64,000 bases of DNA, taken from contig NW_026781450.1 in assembly GCF_030144855.1 (NCBI RefSeq), forward strand, positions 124,001 through 188,000, in the 5' to 3' direction. The stretch comes from Hypanus sabinus (taxonomy: Eukaryota). Under the pieces are notes generated by a model that made no database searches, was not told the DNA's origin, and saw nothing but the letters and a program-made list of their open reading frames with translations. The position numbers were made by a program, and so were the translations under genes. Within the stretch, counting starts at the first letter, position 1; the number at the start of each line of letters is the position of its first letter. Below, one piece after another: positions 61,825 to 64,000 of this stretch.

Positions 61825-63504
61825 CTGTGCGGAGGGAAGTCAAGATATTTAAAACACATTCGGAATGAAATTTTCTCTGAAATCAACAATTTTAATCGAT
61901 AGCATTTTCAAGAGCAGAGTTGGACTTGGAATCGATATAACTACTAAGGAGAAAATCGGAATCATTATTAAATGGGTAGTGACTATAATGTACCTGAGAA
62001 GTTCATGAGAATGACGGGAATCTTATTGAAACCTATTCAATATTGTAAGGACGACATATCGTGGACGTGGAGAGCTGCAGCAGTGTTGGATTTACAATAG
62101 AAACCCATCACCTCAGAACAGAGGTGGTTAGAAATTTGTTTCGACCGTGGCTGGTGAATACGCGGAATTCCTCGCCACAGACGGCTATGGGAGTCAGTTC
62201 GTTGGAATCATTTGTAGCAGAGAGTGATAGGCACTCGATTCGTCGAAGCCTCAATGGATATAGAGAGTGGGCGCCAGAATGTGGTTGAGATGGATAATAA
62301 ATCAGCTATGATGGAATGGCGGAGAAGCCTCCGTGCTCGAATCACGGAATTCAACTCCTGAATCATATGGGACAAGCATTGATATCAGTGGATAGCTGGA
62401 ATGTGTTCTAAACTTCGCCGGCAGGAGAAGGGGCTGAAAATGGAATGCGATAATGAACTGATTACTGATTAAGTCCCAAGTATCACGGTGCCAGAAATTC
62501 AACTTCCTTCAACAGTAAACAGGAGAAAAAACTTAGAGCAGAAGAGATAATTAAATAGTAGCCAAAATAGTTCATCTGTTTGGACTGGCATGCACCGCCA
62601 TTGAAGATAATCATTGCTGAGCTGACCATGGACATTTATTCAACTGCCTGCATTTTTCCCCAACGCCCGTAATAGCCCTACTACGGATAAAATCATTCCA
62701 AACTTTTGTAAAATATATTTACTGAGGTAATGTCCACTTCTTCATTGGGCAGAGAATTCCACAGATTCACCACCCTCTGTGAAAAGCAGTTCCTCCAAAT
62801 CTCCGTCCTAAATTCACTCCCACAAGCTTCAGCCTATGCCCCCTAGTTCTAGGCTCACCGACAAGTGGAAACAACTTTCCTGGCCCTGTTGTATCTATCC
62901 CTTGCGTATTTTTTACATGTTGCTGAAATATCATCTCTGGTTCTTCTGAATTCCAGTGCGTGCAGTCGCAGGCGACAACATCTCTCCTGATAGTCTCGCC
63001 TCCTCTTGTCTGGAATCAAAATGGGGAAACGACTTCAAGGCCAGTAAAATCCTCCCCAAGTCACAGTACCAGACTTGCACGCAGTACTACAGCTGCCGCC
63101 TCACAAGTACCACGCGCATTTGCAGCATAATCAACTTACACTTAAATTCACGTCTGTAGCAATGAAGACCAATATCCCATCTGCCTCCTCGTTAGACTGC
63201 GACTGTTGCAAACAAACCTCCTTTGGTTGAAGAACAAACACTCTAAAGTGCCTCCACGTGGCAGTATACTGCAATCGTTTACCACTTAATAAAATTGTGT
63301 TCTTCAATTTGTCCTTCCCAGGTAGATAACCTCGCTTTCATCAACATTGTCCTCCGTTCGACTAGACGCTAATACTTTCGCTTAAACAATTCCTGTCCAA
63401 TATTTGTGTAGGCGGTAGATCGTGGCAATAATGGTGGCCACGTGACCTCCTTCTTTTTCACAGTTGGGGCTTTGAGGTATTTATTTATATATTCATTCAT
63501 TCAA

Positions 63505-63518
63505 GCACTTATCCATTC

Positions 63519-63560
<42 letters not shown>
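63505..63560. repeat. (TCAT)n/(TCAA)n microsatellite in the GPCR intron
   Basis: Direct reading of the sequence. Confidence 0.9.
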
Positions 63561-63561
<1 letters not shown>

Positions 63562-64000
63562 CTGGCGATGAAGTCCCATCCTGCAGGGTTCGGGATAGCT
63601 GAATTATCCTACCATTTCCCAAATGGACTGTGGAACACAAACCACTGGAAGCATGTCTATGCTTCACAGAGGGTGCAGATGTAATTTGTCAGACTACTGC
63701 CCAGATCGGAGGCCATTTACTCTGAGGAGAGTTTGTGAGAGCTCGATCTTGCTTCTCAGGGAGTGAAGGTGCATGTGAGGTCACTTGCTGGCAGTGTTTG
63801 AGAGGTGAAGAGGCAAAGGTAACGTTTGCCTGATGGAGAAGTAACCCGGACGCCGACAACCCCAAAGCTGCAGAGAGAAATCCTGTAATGCAGTTAGCCG
63901 ATGTTTGCTAAAGCGGTACCGGTTTGAGAGACGGGCCATGCAATGAGACGACAGGCATTAAAGAGAAGCTGAATTTCACTCTTCAACGTTAATCAGGAGG

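Noticed and set aside
1-64000. TCR D, J or constant exons; NAR-TCR or IgH V segments; trypsinogen genes
   Set aside because: Searched by eye on both strands: no paired 12/23-RSS D core, no C1-set exon and no serine-protease motifs; a profile search could still reveal decayed copies

Overview
Eukaryotic, repeat-rich genomic DNA from a cartilaginous fish, probably a ray or skate. This is inferred from the CR1/HER1-type LINEs, the SINEs and the GPR139-like receptor family. There are five N gaps. The left half (~3.4-30.8 kb) is part of a T-cell receptor V-segment array that looks like TCR-beta. It holds three V genes with leader, V exon and 23-bp RSS: 14.8-15.9 kb (-), 17.2-17.75 kb (+, inverted) and 26.8-27.5 kb (-). 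It also holds one open V exon with a good RSS but a broken leader (3.4-4.2 kb) and at least five V relics or orphan leaders. Several V promoters keep the CRE-type V-beta decamer, and a ladder of CTCF-like motifs runs from 16.5 to 31.7 kb. No D, J or C segment was found. The right half has two tandem, two-exon class A GPCR genes of the chondrichthyan-expanded GPR139-like family. One has a single nonsense codon. The other has an open exon 2, with exon 1 predicted just beyond the window. Both sit in a segmental duplication within dense CR1, Rex/Babar, L1/Tx1, HERO-like and LTR-like debris. TE boundaries are approximate because they were set by eye.
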